Origin: Alphaproteobacteria bacterium
GTDB taxonomy: Bacteria > Pseudomonadota > Alphaproteobacteria > SP197
NCBI GenBank assembly: GCA_964291415.2
Contig: OZ219918.1
Location: forward strand, 1,152,001-1,216,000
Direction of reading: 5' to 3'
Length of the DNA stretch: 64,000 nucleotides
The position numbers and the translations under genes are program-made. The notes below the pieces were generated by a model, which was not told the origin of the DNA, made no database searches, and worked only from the letters and a program-made list of their open reading frames with translations. The stretch's first letter is position 1; each line of letters opens with the position of its first letter. This document shows positions 39,227 to 49,493 of the stretch, piece after piece.

Positions 39227-40321
39227 TCACAACAGGAGGTTGCGCCCGTCGACCGGGCTGAAGAAGTAGAGGGCCTCGGGGTTCCATGCCAGCGTGACCT
39301 CTTCTCCATGGTGGAACGTGCGCTCGGGGCTTGTGAGCGCCGTCAGCCTGACACCACCTGCATCCACGATCATGACGCCCGTGGAACCCAGGGCCTCGAA
39401 GATGTCGATACGTCCCTCGAGCGCCATGCCTCGCGGCAGTTCGTCCAGCGGGCGCAGGTGCTGGGGCCTGAGACCGATGGTGACCTGGCGTTGCTGCACC
39501 TTTGTCAGCGCCGCACGATGCGCTGGCGAAACCGGCAGGCGAAGCGAACCCGCGTGAGCCTCGAGTCGGTCGTCCACGTCGACGAGTTCGGCCTCGATGG
39601 CATTGATGGTCGGCTGGCCCAGATGTTCGGCGACAAACAGTGTCGCCGGCTGCTCGAAGAGCTCCCGAGGATTGCCGACCTGGACCAGGCGGCCGCCGTT
39701 CCCCATGACGGCGATCCGGTCGCCCAGCGACAGCGCTTCGGCGTAGTCGTGGGTGACGTAGACAGTCGCCACCCGGCGCAGATCTTCCAGGGTATGGAAC
39801 TGGCTTCGCAATTCGTGCCGGATGCGCGCGTCGAGATGGCTGATCGGCTCATCGAGCAGGAAGACCTGGGGATCGGCGACAAGGGTGCGTCCGAGCGCGG
39901 TGCGCTGTTTCTGGCCTCCCGATATTTCTCCGGGCTTGCGCTCGAGCAGCATGTCGATGCGCAACAGGCGCGTCACCTCGCCGACACGCCGCCTGATCTC
40001 GTCCGCCGGAAGACCCCGCGCCTTGAGTGGCGAGGCAATGTTCGCGGCCACCGTCATGTGGGGGTAGAGGGCGTAGCTCTCGAAGGTCATCGCCACGTCG
40101 CGCCGGTAGGGAGGAACACGTGTGACGTCGCGCTCTCCGACGAGGATGCGTCCTCGATCCGGTGTTTCGAGACCGGCCACGAGTCGCAGCAACGTGGTCT
40201 TGCCGATACCCGATGGGCCGACAATGACCAGGAACTCGCCCTCGTCGACGTCGAGCGAGAGATCGTCGATGACCGGAAAGTCCCAGCCCTTGCACAGTCC
40301 TTCGATCGCCAGTCGCGCCAT
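39227..40321 (-). CDS. Sugar ABC transporter ATP-binding protein
   Basis: GPSGIGKT, ISGGQKQR, LLDEP, VTHD. Confidence 0.92.
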   Translation of the reverse strand: MARLAIEGLCKGWDFPVIDDLSLDVDEGEFLVIVGPSGIGKTTLLRLVAGLETPDRGRILVGERDVTRVPPYRRDVAMTFESYALYPHMTVAANIASPLKARGLPADEIRRRVGEVTRLLRIDMLLERKPGEISGGQKQRTALGRTLVADPQVFLLDEPISHLDARIRHELRSQFHTLEDLRRVATVYVTHDYAEALSLGDRIAVMGNGGRLVQVGNPRELFEQPATLFVAEHLGQPTINAIEAELVDVDDRLEAHAGSLRLPVSPAHRAALTKVQQRQVTIGLRPQHLRPLDELPRGMALEGRIDIFEALGSTGVMIVDAGGVRLTALTSPERTFHHGEEVTLAWNPEALYFFSPVDGRNLLL

Positions 40322-41175
40322 CAGCCCTTGACCACTCCCAGCGACAGTCCGCGCACCATGTAGCGGCGCAGCAGGATGAACAGGGTCACAGGGGGAATCA
40401 TGGCGATCAGCGAGAACGCCATCTGCAGGTTCCACAGTGTCTGGGATCCGTGCGTGAACGTCGGAATGACGATGGTGTAGGTGCGCACGTCGGTGCCGAC
40501 GAACAGGTTGGCGAAAAGATACTCGTTCCACGCAAAGATCCAGCACAACATCGCGACCGAGATCATTCCCGGCAACACCAGCGGCAGGGTGATGCGCAGG
40601 AAGGCGCGCAACGGAGTCCAGCCGTCGAGATAGGCGGCCTCCTCCAGTTCGCGGGGCGCATCGCGGAAGAACACCATCATCAGCCAGGTCGCCAGCGGCA
40701 GGTTGAAGACGAGGTAGAGGATGATGAGCGACCAGATCGAATCGGTTCCCCATGGCGTCGAATCAAAGAGGAAGAACATCGGCACCAGGATGGCGACCGG
40801 CGGAAACATGCGGTTGGAGAGAATCCAGAAGGCGAGGTTCTCTCCCCCGGCCTGGCGCGGAAAGCGGGCGAAGGCGTAGCCGGCGAGTGTGCCGAGAAAC
40901 AGCGACAGCAAGGTGTTGATCGTGGCGATGACAAAACTGTCGACCAGGGCATCGAAGTTGGTGGCTTCGGCGAAGACCGCGGCAAAATTGCCGAATGCAA
41001 AGAGTTCGGGCCAGAAGGTCGGCACCGTGAGATTGGTCTCGGCGGTCGTCTTGAGGGCCGTGATGATCATGAAGTAGAGAGGGAACAGGGTGAACAGAAG
41101 CCACAGCCCCAGGAAGGCCAGGAACAGCACCTGGACGTGCCGCCAGCGGTCATCGGGCCTTGCCTGGTCCGCCAT
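40321..41175 (-). CDS. Carbohydrate ABC transporter permease
   Basis: ELEEAAYLDG; FAWNEYLF. Confidence 0.92.
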   Translation of the reverse strand: MADQARPDDRWRHVQVLFLAFLGLWLLFTLFPLYFMIITALKTTAETNLTVPTFWPELFAFGNFAAVFAEATNFDALVDSFVIATINTLLSLFLGTLAGYAFARFPRQAGGENLAFWILSNRMFPPVAILVPMFFLFDSTPWGTDSIWSLIILYLVFNLPLATWLMMVFFRDAPRELEEAAYLDGWTPLRAFLRITLPLVLPGMISVAMLCWIFAWNEYLFANLFVGTDVRTYTIVIPTFTHGSQTLWNLQMAFSLIAMIPPVTLFILLRRYMVRGLSLGVVKG

Positions 41176-41178
41176 CGC

Positions 41179-42180
41179 TCAGGCAAGTCCCTGGGCGCGC
41201 ATGACGCGCTTCATGTACTGCAGGAAAAGTGTGACGAGAATTGCCGAGATGGCAAAGATGATGATCGCGTAGGCAGCGGCTTCGCCGATCGCGAACTCTC
41301 GGATTCCGCGCTGGAAGGCAATGTAGGTCGGCAGTTCCGATGTCTGCGCCGGGCCCCCCGATGTCATGACATACACCAAATCGACGAACTTGAAGGCGTC
41401 CGTGAACCGCAGGATGAAGGCTATCGCGATGACTTCCTTCAGCATGGGAAGGGTGATGCGCCGCACCACCTTCCACTGGCTTGCGCCATCGACGCGTGCT
41501 GCTTCGTAGACCGCCGGGGGCAGGCTGACACGTCCGGAATAGATGATCAGCAACGGCAGCGCCGTCCAGTTCCACACGTCGGCAATGATGATCGACCACA
41601 GTGAAACACCGGCGTTGAACCACTCGATGTGGGCCGAGATCAGGCCGAGATCGAGGAGTGCCTGGTTGACGGCGCCGTTGGACGGCGTCAGCAGGAAGCG
41701 CCAGAGAACGCCGACGATCGAGGGTGGCAGCATCATCGGCAGGACCAGCAGAATCAGGATGATGGTGCGCCACAGGTTGGACTTGACGACTTCGTAGAGT
41801 GTCAGCGCCAGGACACAACCGAGGATGACCTGAAGTACGGCGCCGAATGAAAGGTACTGCACGAGGTGGACCAGGCTGTCCTGGAACCGCTCCGAACTGA
41901 ACACCGTGCCGTAGTTGGCAAATCCAATGTACTCGTGATTTCCGGTGAAGAGACCTGTGATGTTGGTGTCGCGCAGCGAGTGATAGAACATCCAGATGGT
42001 GGGGTAGACGACGATGGCGAAGAGAACGGCCACCGGCAGTCCGACCATGGCGATCGGCACCCAGCGGGCGACGATGAGAGGCCGCTGCCGCCGCTTGCCA
42101 TCGAACCAGTCGGGATAGGTCGAGGGGTCACCCCTGACGATCGCCTGGCGCACGCTCAACACTCCAGGAGGAACAGACAC
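41179..42180 (-). CDS. Carbohydrate ABC transporter permease
   Basis: YEAARVDGA; VMTSGGP. Confidence 0.9.
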   Translation of the reverse strand: MSVPPGVLSVRQAIVRGDPSTYPDWFDGKRRQRPLIVARWVPIAMVGLPVAVLFAIVVYPTIWMFYHSLRDTNITGLFTGNHEYIGFANYGTVFSSERFQDSLVHLVQYLSFGAVLQVILGCVLALTLYEVVKSNLWRTIILILLVLPMMLPPSIVGVLWRFLLTPSNGAVNQALLDLGLISAHIEWFNAGVSLWSIIIADVWNWTALPLLIIYSGRVSLPPAVYEAARVDGASQWKVVRRITLPMLKEVIAIAFILRFTDAFKFVDLVYVMTSGGPAQTSELPTYIAFQRGIREFAIGEAAAYAIIIFAISAILVTLFLQYMKRVMRAQGLA

Positions 42181-42413
42181 ACCGGCCCGTCACGAGCCGG
42201 CGCCCGATCCTGATGCATGCAAACCAGACACTCCCGGCCATCAGGGACGGACGGGCGACGCTACACGAGATGCAGGCGGGCGTAAACGTCCTGATCGACC
42301 CTTCTCCGGCTATCCAGGTTCCGTCTCTCTCGCCACGAAACACGGCTCTGGACAGCCTGTCCGACTCTGGCGAATCTTCCCCGGGGACGGTTCAAGCGCG
42401 AGGAGACCATGGC

Positions 42414-43694
42414 GTGAACATTGAGGTGCCGGAGGTCTATGTGCCGCAGACGCCGGAGAGTCTGCCGGCACTGCTCGGCAGCGTTGCGGTGATCCGTGAC
42501 CTGCTTGGAGGTGCGCCCGACAGATGGGCCGTCGAGGAGGTTGGTGACGGCAATCTCAATCTGGTCTTCAAGGTGCGCGGCCCTGCCGGCGGCATTGCCG
42601 TCAAGCAGGCGCTCCCCTATGTCCGCCTGGTTGGCGAGAGCTGGCCTCTGCCCCTCACGCGGGCGCACTTCGAGCATCTCGCCCTTGTCCGTCAGGCCCG
42701 CCATGCTCCGGGGCTCACTCCGGCAGTTCTCCACTACGACGCCGACATGGCGCTTATCGTCATGGAACTCCTCGAGCCCCACATCATCATGCGCCACGGC
42801 ATGATCGACGGCGTTGTCTATCCGGCGTTTGCCGAGGCCGTGTCGACGTTTGCCGCCGCGACCCTGTTCCACACGTCGGACCTTGCCATGGCGGCAGCCG
42901 ACAAGAAGGAACTGGTGGCGGACTTCGCCGGCAACACCGCACTGTGCGGCATTACCGAAGACCTGATCTTCACCGAACCCTACATGGTTGCCGAGAACAA
43001 CCGGTGGACCTCGCCGCAACTCGACGGACTGGCGGCATCCATTCGCGCCGACTGCGATCTCAAGGTTGCCGTGTCGCGGCTCAAGGTGAAGTTCATGTCG
43101 TCGGCCGAGGCCATGATTCACGGAGATCTTCACACCGGCTCCATCATGGTGACGCAGACCGACACCCGGATCATCGATCCGGAGTTTGCCTTCGTCGGTC
43201 CGATGGGCTTCGACACCGGAGCCGTGATCGCCAACCTGTTGTTGAACTACTTCTCGCAGATTGGCCACGAGGACAACCCTGGCGCCAGGGATGCCTACCG
43301 AAACTGGGTGCTGGACAGCATCGAGGAGTTCTGGAACGGATTCCGTTCCCGGTTCCTCGCCCTGTGGCGGGACGAAGGGAAGGGCGATGCCTATCCGGCG
43401 GTTCTCTTCGACGATGCGGTGGCCCGCGTGCACCTGGCAAGCGAACAGGAACGCTACATGGCGGAACTGTTCCGGGACACGCTCGGGTTTGCGGCCGCCA
43501 AGATGATCCGCCGCATCCTCGGCCTTGCCCACAACATCGACCTCGAGAACATCGCCGATGCCGACGTGCGCGCCGCCGCCGAGTCCCGTGCCCTGGTGAT
43601 GGCGCGGGCCCTGATGACGGCACCCGATTCCTTTCCCTCGATCGAGGCCGTCACCGGCGCCGCCCGCCGGTGGAACGCAACGACGGTGATCTGA
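42414..43694 (+). CDS. mtnK: S-methyl-5-thioribose kinase (or 5-deoxyribose kinase)
   Basis: EVGDGNLNLVF, KQALPYVRLVGESWPL, HGDLHTGS, IDPEFAF; AGGAG RBS before GTG. Confidence 0.93.
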   Translation: MNIEVPEVYVPQTPESLPALLGSVAVIRDLLGGAPDRWAVEEVGDGNLNLVFKVRGPAGGIAVKQALPYVRLVGESWPLPLTRAHFEHLALVRQARHAPGLTPAVLHYDADMALIVMELLEPHIIMRHGMIDGVVYPAFAEAVSTFAAATLFHTSDLAMAAADKKELVADFAGNTALCGITEDLIFTEPYMVAENNRWTSPQLDGLAASIRADCDLKVAVSRLKVKFMSSAEAMIHGDLHTGSIMVTQTDTRIIDPEFAFVGPMGFDTGAVIANLLLNYFSQIGHEDNPGARDAYRNWVLDSIEEFWNGFRSRFLALWRDEGKGDAYPAVLFDDAVARVHLASEQERYMAELFRDTLGFAAAKMIRRILGLAHNIDLENIADADVRAAAESRALVMARALMTAPDSFPSIEAVTGAARRWNATTVI

Positions 43695-44631
43695 TGCGGG
43701 CGTCTTCGAAGTGACGGGAGAGAAACGCAGCGATCTCGCCGAGTGAACGCTCGGCCTCCGGCAGTTCGTCGTAGAACTCGAAGACGTGCCACAGGTCGTC
43801 CCAGACCCTGAGTTCGACCGGCGCCCCGACGCCGCGCAGGACCTGGGCAAGCTGCACGCACTGGCTCATGAGCAGATCGCGCGTGCCGGTGGTGATGATC
43901 GCCGGCGGGAAGGTCGCGTCCCAGTCGCTCCACAGCGGCGAGGCGTCCGGATCTTCGGGGTCGAGGCCGCCGCAGTACAAGCGGGCGGCCTGCCAGACCA
44001 GGTCCATCGCGAGAGTCGGGTCGCGGTCGTCGTTGGTGCGGTGACTGTCGCCGGCATGGGTGAGGTCGCACCAGGGCGACAGCAGGGCGGCCGCGACCGG
44101 CATCGCCTCTCCAGCGCGCCGCAGGCGCCGCAGGACAGAGAGGGCGGCGTTGCCTCCCGCCGATTCTCCAGCGATCGCCAGCGGACCGGTCCGCGGATCG
44201 CCGGCGAGCGCGGCGTGGACGGCCATGCCGTCGTCGATGGCCGCCGGACAGGGATGTTCGGGAGCCAGCCGGTAGGCGGGCGATACGACGCGTACGCCGC
44301 ACAGGGAGGCGAGAGCGGCGCTGATGATGAGGTCTTCCTCGGGGCTGCCGATGATGTATCCGCCACCGAAGAAGTAGAGGATCGTCCCCGGACCGCGGGA
44401 CTCCCGCGGCAGGATCTCGAGGCAGCGCACGCCGCCGTGGACGACGTCCGCCACCGAGGGCCCGAAGCGTTCCAGGACCCTGTCGATCCTCGGCTGGAAT
44501 GCTTCCAGGGTCTCCCTGCGCAGCGCCGGCACCTCCCCTGGCGCGATGTCGCCCACGGGCGTGCGGGGCGCCGTCTCCATGAAGTTGCGGGCGGCCGCGC
44601 TGCACAGCAGGTTCCTGTTCGATCGTGTCAC
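43651..44631 (-). CDS. HSL-family alpha/beta hydrolase (esterase)
   Basis: FGGGY, YRLAPEHP, GESAGG, SPW.D, WHVF. Confidence 0.9.
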   Translation of the reverse strand: MTRSNRNLLCSAAARNFMETAPRTPVGDIAPGEVPALRRETLEAFQPRIDRVLERFGPSVADVVHGGVRCLEILPRESRGPGTILYFFGGGYIIGSPEEDLIISAALASLCGVRVVSPAYRLAPEHPCPAAIDDGMAVHAALAGDPRTGPLAIAGESAGGNAALSVLRRLRRAGEAMPVAAALLSPWCDLTHAGDSHRTNDDRDPTLAMDLVWQAARLYCGGLDPEDPDASPLWSDWDATFPPAIITTGTRDLLMSQCVQLAQVLRGVGAPVELRVWDDLWHVFEFYDELPEAERSLGEIAAFLSRHFEDARIRSPSLRSTGGRRR

Positions 44632-46280
44632 CGGGATCCTCCCCGCCTCGGTCTGTGGACGGGCGTTTCGTCCGCGGCCAGCGGACTCTTGCCGGCAACG
44701 GCATCGGCGATTTTCTCGGCCAGCATCAGCACCGGCGCGTTGAGATTGGCGGTAACGTTGTGGGGCATGATCGAGGCGTCAACGACCCGCAGCGCTTCCG
44801 TGCCGTGGACCCGGCCCTCGTGGTCGGTCACCGAATCGTCGCCCGTGCCCATCCGGCACGATGAGCAGGGGTGGAACTCCGTGGTGCCCTCCTCCGCGAG
44901 CCAGGCGAGGATTTCCGCATGGCTCTGGACGTGGCGGCCGGGGACCGACTCCTCGCCACGCCAGGGGTCGAAGGCCGGCTGCGCCGCCATGGTGCGCGTG
45001 CGCTTCAGGCCCTCGGTCATGGCTCGCCGGTCGTCCTCGTGATCGAGATAGTTGAAGAGGATCGCGGGGTGCTGCCGAGGGTCGGCCGACTTCAGCCAGA
45101 CCCGGCCACGGCTCGCGGGGCGCATGAGGCCCATCGAGAACATGAACCCCGGATCCACGCTGGCGTGATCGCCACCGGAGTAGCCGGTCATGGCGTAGAA
45201 CTCGTGCTGCAGGTCGCAGTAATCCGCGGCGTCGGAACTCGCGAAGAAGCAGCCCGTCTCGGTGAGCGTCGAGGCCCCGGGGCCGCGCTTCCGGACAAGC
45301 CAATCCAATCCCATTGCCAGGCGCCGCAAGCCGGTGAAGTGATGGGAGACCGAAAGCGGCCGCTTCTCCCGGTAGCTCACCTGCACGATGATGTGATCCT
45401 CGAGATTGCGCCCCACGTCCGGGACATCCGCCACGAGCGGGATGCCGTGCTCGGCGAGGTGCGCAGGATCGCCGATGCCCGACAGGAGCAGGATCTGCGG
45501 CGAGTTGATGGCGCCGCCTGCGACGATCACTTCCCGGTCGGCATCGAAGCGGGAGACTCCGCTCCCGGTCTCCGCCTCGACACCCACCGCCCGCCTGCCG
45601 TCGAAGACGATCCGGCGGACGAGTGCCCCGGTGACGAGATCGAGGTTCGCCCGTCCGAGGGCCGGCCTCAGGAAGGCCGAGGCCGCGCTCCAGCGGCGGC
45701 CCTGGCGCGTGAAGCTCTGGGCCACGTGAAATCCCTCGTGCCGCTGGCCGTTCTGGTCCCCGGTGATGGCGTAGCCGGCCTCTTCACCGGCCTTCAGGAA
45801 GGCCTCGTCGTAGGGATGATCGGCCCGGCAGGTCTCGATATGCTGCGGCCCCGAGTCGCCGCGCCAGGAATCGGCGCCGCGATCGAAGGTCTCGCTCTTG
45901 CGGAAGTAGGGAAGGCAATGGGCGAAAGACCAGCCGGCGAGACCCTCGGCGGCCCATTGGTCGTAGTCCAGGGGATTGCCGCGGTTGGCGACCATGCCGT
46001 TGATCGAGGACGATCCGCCCACCACGCGGCCCCGGTGAGCGAGCACCCCGCGGCCTCCCAGACCGGGTTCGGGCTCGCCGACATAGCCCCAGCCGAAACG
46101 GGGATCGCGGGCCGCCAGCGGTGCCGCGGCGGGCATGGCAATGGCGAACGCCCTGTCGGAACCTCCCGCCTCGAGCAGGAGCACTGACGCTCCGGGGTCC
46201 TCGCTGAGGCGCGCTGCCAGTACGCATCCGGCGGTTCCCGCACCGATAACGATGTAGTCGTAACACGTGGATCGTGTCAT
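44628..46280 (-). CDS. GMC oxidoreductase (choline dehydrogenase-like)
   Basis: GAGTAG, GGSSSINGM, NLEDH, FHPCSSCRMG, NLNAP. Confidence 0.93.
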   Translation of the reverse strand: MTRSTCYDYIVIGAGTAGCVLAARLSEDPGASVLLLEAGGSDRAFAIAMPAAAPLAARDPRFGWGYVGEPEPGLGGRGVLAHRGRVVGGSSSINGMVANRGNPLDYDQWAAEGLAGWSFAHCLPYFRKSETFDRGADSWRGDSGPQHIETCRADHPYDEAFLKAGEEAGYAITGDQNGQRHEGFHVAQSFTRQGRRWSAASAFLRPALGRANLDLVTGALVRRIVFDGRRAVGVEAETGSGVSRFDADREVIVAGGAINSPQILLLSGIGDPAHLAEHGIPLVADVPDVGRNLEDHIIVQVSYREKRPLSVSHHFTGLRRLAMGLDWLVRKRGPGASTLTETGCFFASSDAADYCDLQHEFYAMTGYSGGDHASVDPGFMFSMGLMRPASRGRVWLKSADPRQHPAILFNYLDHEDDRRAMTEGLKRTRTMAAQPAFDPWRGEESVPGRHVQSHAEILAWLAEEGTTEFHPCSSCRMGTGDDSVTDHEGRVHGTEALRVVDASIMPHNVTANLNAPVLMLAEKIADAVAGKSPLAADETPVHRPRRGGSR

Positions 46281-46315
46281 GGCTGGCTATTCACCCCTGG
46301 AGGAAGGGACGGCGG

Positions 46316-46654
46316 TCACATCGTCACGTCGTTGCGGCATTTGATGACGAATTCGGCGACAGGGGCGTTGTTGGAGGGGCAGGCAGGGTGGTCGGCGACG
46401 TCGCCCGGCTTCTTCAAGCCGTCACGCGGGATAATCTCGACATCGACGGCCAGGCCGGTGGCCACGAGCGTCGCTATCGCGCAGCCGGCAATGTTGACGA
46501 CTTCCTCGAGGGAGGCGCCCTGCCAGTGACCGTCGCTACCATCGCGGTCGCGATACGTCAGCACCCTGCTGTTCCGGCAGAGCGAGGGCGTTACAGAGGA
46601 CCGCATGTACTGGAAGGTCCCGGCGCGAACCATTGCCGGCGCACGTTGCTTCAT
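46316..46654 (-). pseudogene. Decayed SDR, homologue of 63195-63908
   Basis: SNNAPVAEFVIKCRNDVTM vs SNTASIAELVVNCRNDVTL; large deletions. Confidence 0.82.
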
Positions 46655-46759
46655 CTGTTCGCCGATGTCCCTGTCGCCCGCTGCCAGCGGACATTATCCC
46701 TCACCGCACCGCAACGCCAGCGCACCATCGGCGCCGGCCAGCTACAGAGACGCGCAGGG

Positions 46760-47195
46760 AACCTCTTGCCGCCCCAATTGGGTCGACCGCTGCCAGCCGT
46801 CCGCCGCGCTGCATCTTCCGGGTACGGACTGCATGCTTGCCAAGGCGGACTACTTCGCCCGTGGGCAGAAACGCGGCCTTCACGGCCGTCAACCGGAGCG
46901 CAGCCCTGCCGGCGCTGAAAGACGGGGAGCGGGTGTGCTGGAAATCGAACGCCATCCTTCAGTATGCCGCCGGGTTCGCCGGCGAGACGGACAACGTCCA
47001 CAAGCTCACTGGTCTCCTCGTCGCCCGCCTCGGGATGCAGCTGCGGCGGCGCCCATGCATCGTCACGAATGGGCCGAGCTGCCGCTCTCCGGTCCCCCGT
47101 CTCTGGTCCGCCGGATGACGGAGTGGATCGAGCGGCCACCGTGTCGAAAGGCGACGGACGCAGGTGTCGGCTTCACCGTGGGCGAGGCTGCCTGA
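46760..47195 (+). pseudogene. Glutathione S-transferase pseudogene
   Basis: AFTAVN...LPALKDGERV.W.SNAILQYAA GST N-domain plus a frameshifted C-terminal piece; boundaries approximate. Confidence 0.7.
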
Positions 47196-47201
47196 GGAGC
47201 G

Positions 47202-48119
47202 TCAGTCTGTCGGCAGGACTCCGGGCGGCGGCGGCACCGCCTCGCATTTGAGCCAGTGGACCCGTTCGCGGTACGCGCGGTCGAGTTCGGGGTCGTTGCG
47301 CGGCCCTGGCGGACCGCCTGGTTCCTCGAGGAGGTGGTGCGGGTTGCGGCCGTTGACCGCGCCCATGAACGGGGCTCCGAAGTCGTAGCCGACAAGCCTC
47401 TGCAGTTGTTCGGGCAGTTCCCGAGCCTTGTCGGGAGGCAGGGTCAGGAACTGGTTTTCCTGCTGGCGCAGCCAGCCCAGCGCAAGGTTGATCGCAACGG
47501 CGGTGCGCGGCCGCGCCGAGGCGTTGGCGCCGCCGCCGTGAATCAGGCTGTGGGCATAGATGATAGCCGCCCCGGCGGGCATCTCCGCCACCTCGATCTC
47601 GTCGGCGCGGGGACGGCGTTCCTCGTCCCACAGGTGGCTTCCCGGAACGATGCGTGTGGCGCCGTTCTCGCGGGTGAACTCGGTTACGGCCCACAGCGAA
47701 CCCTGCTGCGTTATCGGACCCGGATTGCGAAAGGGGTAGAAGAAGGCGTCCCTGTGGAGAGCCTGGGCGGTCTCTCCGGGAAGCAGGTGCATGGTGCCGG
47801 TGTAAGTGATCTGGTAGCGCGCGCACCACGGCAGGAGGATGTGGTCCGCGGCGCCGAGAAGGATGGGATGGAGCGCCATCGCGCGCGTGGTAGGCGCGCG
47901 CATGAAGAGATTGTTGAGACGCTGGGTCCGGGCTCCCAGGAAATCGCTCTCGCCCGTCGCCTGGCCGGCGAGCCCGCGGTCGAGCTCCCCACGCAGGGAG
48001 GTGAGGTCGCCGGCGCCGATCATGTTCTCGATGATGGCATAGCCATGCTGCTCGATGGCGCGTCCGACCTCCCCGCCGTCGGTGGATCGTGCATCGAACC
48101 TTGCTGCAACCGACATCAA
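47202..48119 (-). CDS. Phytanoyl-CoA dioxygenase (PhyH) family protein
   Basis: QALHRD, FTRENGATRIVPGSH, HGGGAN, GWLRQQENQFL. Confidence 0.92.
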   Translation of the reverse strand: MMSVAARFDARSTDGGEVGRAIEQHGYAIIENMIGAGDLTSLRGELDRGLAGQATGESDFLGARTQRLNNLFMRAPTTRAMALHPILLGAADHILLPWCARYQITYTGTMHLLPGETAQALHRDAFFYPFRNPGPITQQGSLWAVTEFTRENGATRIVPGSHLWDEERRPRADEIEVAEMPAGAAIIYAHSLIHGGGANASARPRTAVAINLALGWLRQQENQFLTLPPDKARELPEQLQRLVGYDFGAPFMGAVNGRNPHHLLEEPGGPPGPRNDPELDRAYRERVHWLKCEAVPPPPGVLPTD

Positions 48120-48157
48120 TGGACCTCCGCGCAGCTGCGCGGGGCAGTCTCCCTGTC

Positions 48158-48165
48158 CTCCGATT
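48158..48165. repeat. Target-site duplication, copy 1 (CTCCGATT)
   Basis: Identical to 49494-49501. Confidence 0.85.
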
Positions 48166-48192
48166 GGGACTTACATCGAGAAGTTGGCGGCG

Positions 48193-49392
48193 TCATGCCG
48201 CCATCCTCCGATCGATTTCGCGGTTCACAGGCCCGGTAACCCGGCAACCTCCCCGCGCAGATGCCTCAGTCCCCGAGGCCAGGATGTTCGCCGCTGCATT
48301 GAGGTCGGCGTGATCCGCATGGCCACAGGCCACGCATTGAAACAGGTCCCGCGTCCTGCGTGATTGGGCGCTTGTGACGCCGCACGCTGCACAGGTCTGG
48401 CTGCTGTAGGCCGGGTTCACCGCGATGACGCGGCAAGCCTTGTAGTCCAGCATTCTCCGGAACGACGACCAGCCCGTCTCCAGGATGACGCGGTTGAGAC
48501 CCGCCTTGGACCGCACGTGGCGTCCCGGCTCCTCCTTCGTGCCCCTGGCGCTGCGGGTCATGGTGCGGACCTTCAGATCCTCGACCACCACCGTCCCCGC
48601 TTCATCCGCCAGCCGGCGGCTGACATGGTGCTGCCAGTCATGGCGCTTCATGGCCATGTGCCGGGTGGTTTTCGCCAGACGTCGCCGCGTCTTCTCCCGG
48701 CGCCTGCTGCCACGTTGCTGCCGCGCCAGTTGCTTGGCGTAGCGCCGGGCGCGGGCCTCGAGACGCCGGCTCCTCTCCAGACGCATGATCTCCCCGTCCG
48801 AGGTCGCCACTGCACCTGCATTCATGTCCACGCCGACGGCATGGCCGTTGTCGTCGGATTCCGGCAGCGACACCGCATGGCATACCACCGCCTTCCAGCG
48901 TCCCTCCTCGCGCTTGAGGACCGCACTCACCGGCGTGCCCTGCGGCCAGGGATTGCCGCCCCGGCGGCGGATGGTCAGCCAGCCCACACCGGGGATGCGC
49001 AGGCGGTTGCCTTCAACCCTGACGCCGGAGACCACGGAAAGGCTGTTGAAATGCCGGCGTCCCTGGAACCGGGGGAACCCGGCCCCACCCTGCTTCACCC
49101 GCCGGAAGAAGCCCTTGAAGGCATGATCGAGGCGCTTGAGCGTCCCACGCTGGATGGCCACCGGCACCACAGCCATCTCCGGCAGGGCCTTGCGGCAACG
49201 GGTCAGGGACTTCGCCTGATCGAAGTAGGTGAGTGACTTACCAGTCTTCCGGAAGCAGTCGATCCGTTCTTCCAGCGCCGCGTTGTAGAGCTGGCGCTGT
49301 GCATCGAGCATGGCGTCCAGCCGCCGCCAGGTGTTGCGCTTCTCGGGCAGCAGGCGAAAGGTGATCTGTCGATGGGTGACAGAGGACGGCAT
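48193..49392 (-). CDS. tnpB: RNA-guided endonuclease TnpB
   Basis: LYNAALEER, GFPRF, RuvC-I VGVDMN, RuvC-II VVEDL, zinc finger CAAC/CVAC, RuvC-III ADLNAAANI. Confidence 0.95.
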   Translation of the reverse strand: MPSSVTHRQITFRLLPEKRNTWRRLDAMLDAQRQLYNAALEERIDCFRKTGKSLTYFDQAKSLTRCRKALPEMAVVPVAIQRGTLKRLDHAFKGFFRRVKQGGAGFPRFQGRRHFNSLSVVSGVRVEGNRLRIPGVGWLTIRRRGGNPWPQGTPVSAVLKREEGRWKAVVCHAVSLPESDDNGHAVGVDMNAGAVATSDGEIMRLERSRRLEARARRYAKQLARQQRGSRRREKTRRRLAKTTRHMAMKRHDWQHHVSRRLADEAGTVVVEDLKVRTMTRSARGTKEEPGRHVRSKAGLNRVILETGWSSFRRMLDYKACRVIAVNPAYSSQTCAACGVTSAQSRRTRDLFQCVACGHADHADLNAAANILASGTEASARGGCRVTGPVNREIDRRMAA

Positions 49393-49433
49393 GTGGGAAC
49401 TCCGGTGTTACAGGCACTGATTTACGACACGAA

Positions 49434-49462
49434 ATCATACCGATAACACCACTGGATGTCAA
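49434..49462 (-). promoter_or_regulatory. Near-consensus sigma70 promoter of tnpB
   Basis: TTGACA-17 nt-TATGAT, about 40 nt upstream of ATG. Confidence 0.8.
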
Positions 49463-49493
49463 GTCGATTCTGTCAAGTTCAGTATGTAATCCC

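Larger units (their letters stand above)
48166..49493 (-). mobile_element. Non-autonomous tnpB-carrying element with TIRs and 8-bp TSD
   Basis: Ends GGGACTTACATCGAGAAGTTGGCGG and (reverse complement) GGGA-TTACATACTGAACTTGACAG; flanked by CTCCGATT; no transposase inside. Confidence 0.82.

Noticed and set aside
48166-49493. Ordinary IS605/IS1341 element
   Set aside because: Exact 8-bp duplication and inverted ends are inconsistent with HUH peel-and-paste insertion.
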